Assembly (NCBI GenBank): GCA_963745025.1
Contig: CAVUWD010000016.1
Location: 480,001-544,000 of the forward strand
DNA length: 64,000 bases
Direction of reading: 5' to 3'
From: an uncultured delta proteobacterium
GTDB taxonomy: Bacteria > Desulfobacterota > Binatia > JACPRU01
Part shown: piece after piece, positions 62,899-64,000 of the stretch
Numbering within the stretch: position 1 is the first letter of the stretch
How the letters are laid out: each line of letters starts with the position of its first letter
The notes under the pieces: generated by a model
Database searches by the model: none
What the model was told of the DNA's origin: nothing
Seen by the model: the letters and a program-made list of their open reading frames with translations, nothing else
Position numbers and translations under genes: made by a program

Positions 62899-63561
62899 CT
62901 AGGGCGCGGCGGTCACACAACAGGCAGCGCTATCGATCGGCTTTTTGGCGATGAGCACCGTGAAGAGCGAGCTTTGCGAGGTCTTGAATCGCCGTTCGAT
63001 GCGCAGCGGCACATGCGCAAACAACTCGGGCCACTGTAGCGTCGTCCGCCAGCCGAGCTTGCGAGTGATCGGATCGAGCTTGTCCACGACTTTGGCCAGC
63101 CAACGCCGGTCGCTGCGGAAGTGGTTGATCACCACCAGGGTACCGCCCGGCTTGCACACCCGCACCATCTCCCTCATCAGACCGCCGTGGTCGGGAACGA
63201 CGCTGACGACGTGGAATGCGGTCACGTAGTCGAATTCGCCGTCGGAGAACTTCAGGTCGAGCGCGTCCATCTGACAGAGACGGACGTGTCGCCAGCCTTC
63301 GCGACTCACCTTTCCCTGCGCTTGCTCGAGCATCTCGGGGGCCAAGTCGATGCCGGTGACCTCAGCGTGGCGCGGATACGCCGAGAGCGAGAGGCCCGTA
63401 CCGACGCCCACCTCGAGGACCGTCGCACCCGGCGGAATGTTTAGGCTACGCAGAGTGGAGACGATGCGCGGGAAGAAGAAGCGAGTGAAGATCCGATCGT
63501 AGAGATGCGAAAACTCGTAGTAGATCTTGCTCTCGTGCGGCTCGGCTCCGGCTAGCGCCAT
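62899..63561 (-). CDS. Phospholipid N-methyltransferase (PmtA-like) SAM methyltransferase
   Basis: VLEVGVGTGLSL, GIDLAPEML, VVSVVPD, RVCKPGG..INHF. Confidence 0.8.
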   Translation of the reverse strand: MALAGAEPHESKIYYEFSHLYDRIFTRFFFPRIVSTLRSLNIPPGATVLEVGVGTGLSLSAYPRHAEVTGIDLAPEMLEQAQGKVSREGWRHVRLCQMDALDLKFSDGEFDYVTAFHVVSVVPDHGGLMREMVRVCKPGGTLVVINHFRSDRRWLAKVVDKLDPITRKLGWRTTLQWPELFAHVPLRIERRFKTSQSSLFTVLIAKKPIDSAACCVTAAP

Positions 63562-63672
63562 CTTCGACCCTCGGTTGCTTCCTGGCACAAACCGTCTCGC
63601 AAAGGAACCGCCAACAAGGCCCCGCTCGTCACTGGCTCTCGAAATCAAAGAGACACTGGAGCCGCTCGCTAT

Positions 63673-63864
63673 TTAAGCTGCCGTTGCTCCGTGCAACTGG
63701 CGCTTGAACGAGGCGACGTCCCGTCTGCGGAAGCGCCACTGCCTGCCCTTCTTGAACGCCGGAAGAACGCTCTTGCGCGCGAATTCGTTGACGGTGTCCG
63801 GACTCAGATCCAGCAGTCGCGCGACCTCTTTGCTGTTCAAAAGAACATCGTCTTTTTCGATCAT
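63673..63864 (-). CDS. Excisionase-like/MerR-type HTH_17 DNA-binding protein
   Basis: LLNSKEVARLLDLSPDTV...LPAFKKGRQWRF. Confidence 0.85.
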   Translation of the reverse strand: MIEKDDVLLNSKEVARLLDLSPDTVNEFARKSVLPAFKKGRQWRFRRRDVASFKRQLHGATAA

Positions 63865-64000
63865 CCGTCTATCCCCGCGGCGAATCTGGTCTACAAGCCG
63901 GGCTCCGGATGCAAGTCGACCGTCAAGCGAATTTTCTAACACTGCGTGTTACGACCGTCAAGAAACTCTCGACTCGGTTGGAAATTATTCTCAACCATTT

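Noticed and set aside
63673-63864. Prophage or ICE boundary at the excisionase-like gene
   Set aside because: No integrase, att site or phage genes in view; stand-alone HTH_17 regulators are common.

Overview
High-GC bacterial chromosomal window. The rRNA and gene content look deltaproteobacterial-type (possibly Binatia/Desulfobacterota-like; inference only). Scattered single-base frameshifts suggest a long-read or MAG assembly. The window has three zones. (1) 1-8.4 kb: acyl-CoA metabolism genes, a 100-bp MITE-like element and an MMPL transporter fused to a cNMP-binding domain. (2) About 8.4-22.5 kb: an accessory island with nine type II toxin-antitoxin modules (five apparently intact). From 14.9 kb they alternate regularly with repeated N-terminal (zinc-ribbon) and C-terminal (TPR-like) remnants of large class III nucleotide cyclase/ATPase/TPR genes. 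This is the most unusual structure in the window. (3) 22.5-64 kb: mostly housekeeping DNA, with a clear XerCD dif site at 27608-27635 only about 9 kb from a complete 16S-tRNAIle-tRNAAla-23S-5S operon. It also carries dgt, MoxR/VWA, two paralogous exported coiled-coil proteins, grxD-bolA, aor, tldD-pmbA, bioB, nadA-nrtR with a candidate NrtR box, tamB-tamA/bamA and envelope/lipid genes. All product calls come from motif recognition by eye; no database searches were run.
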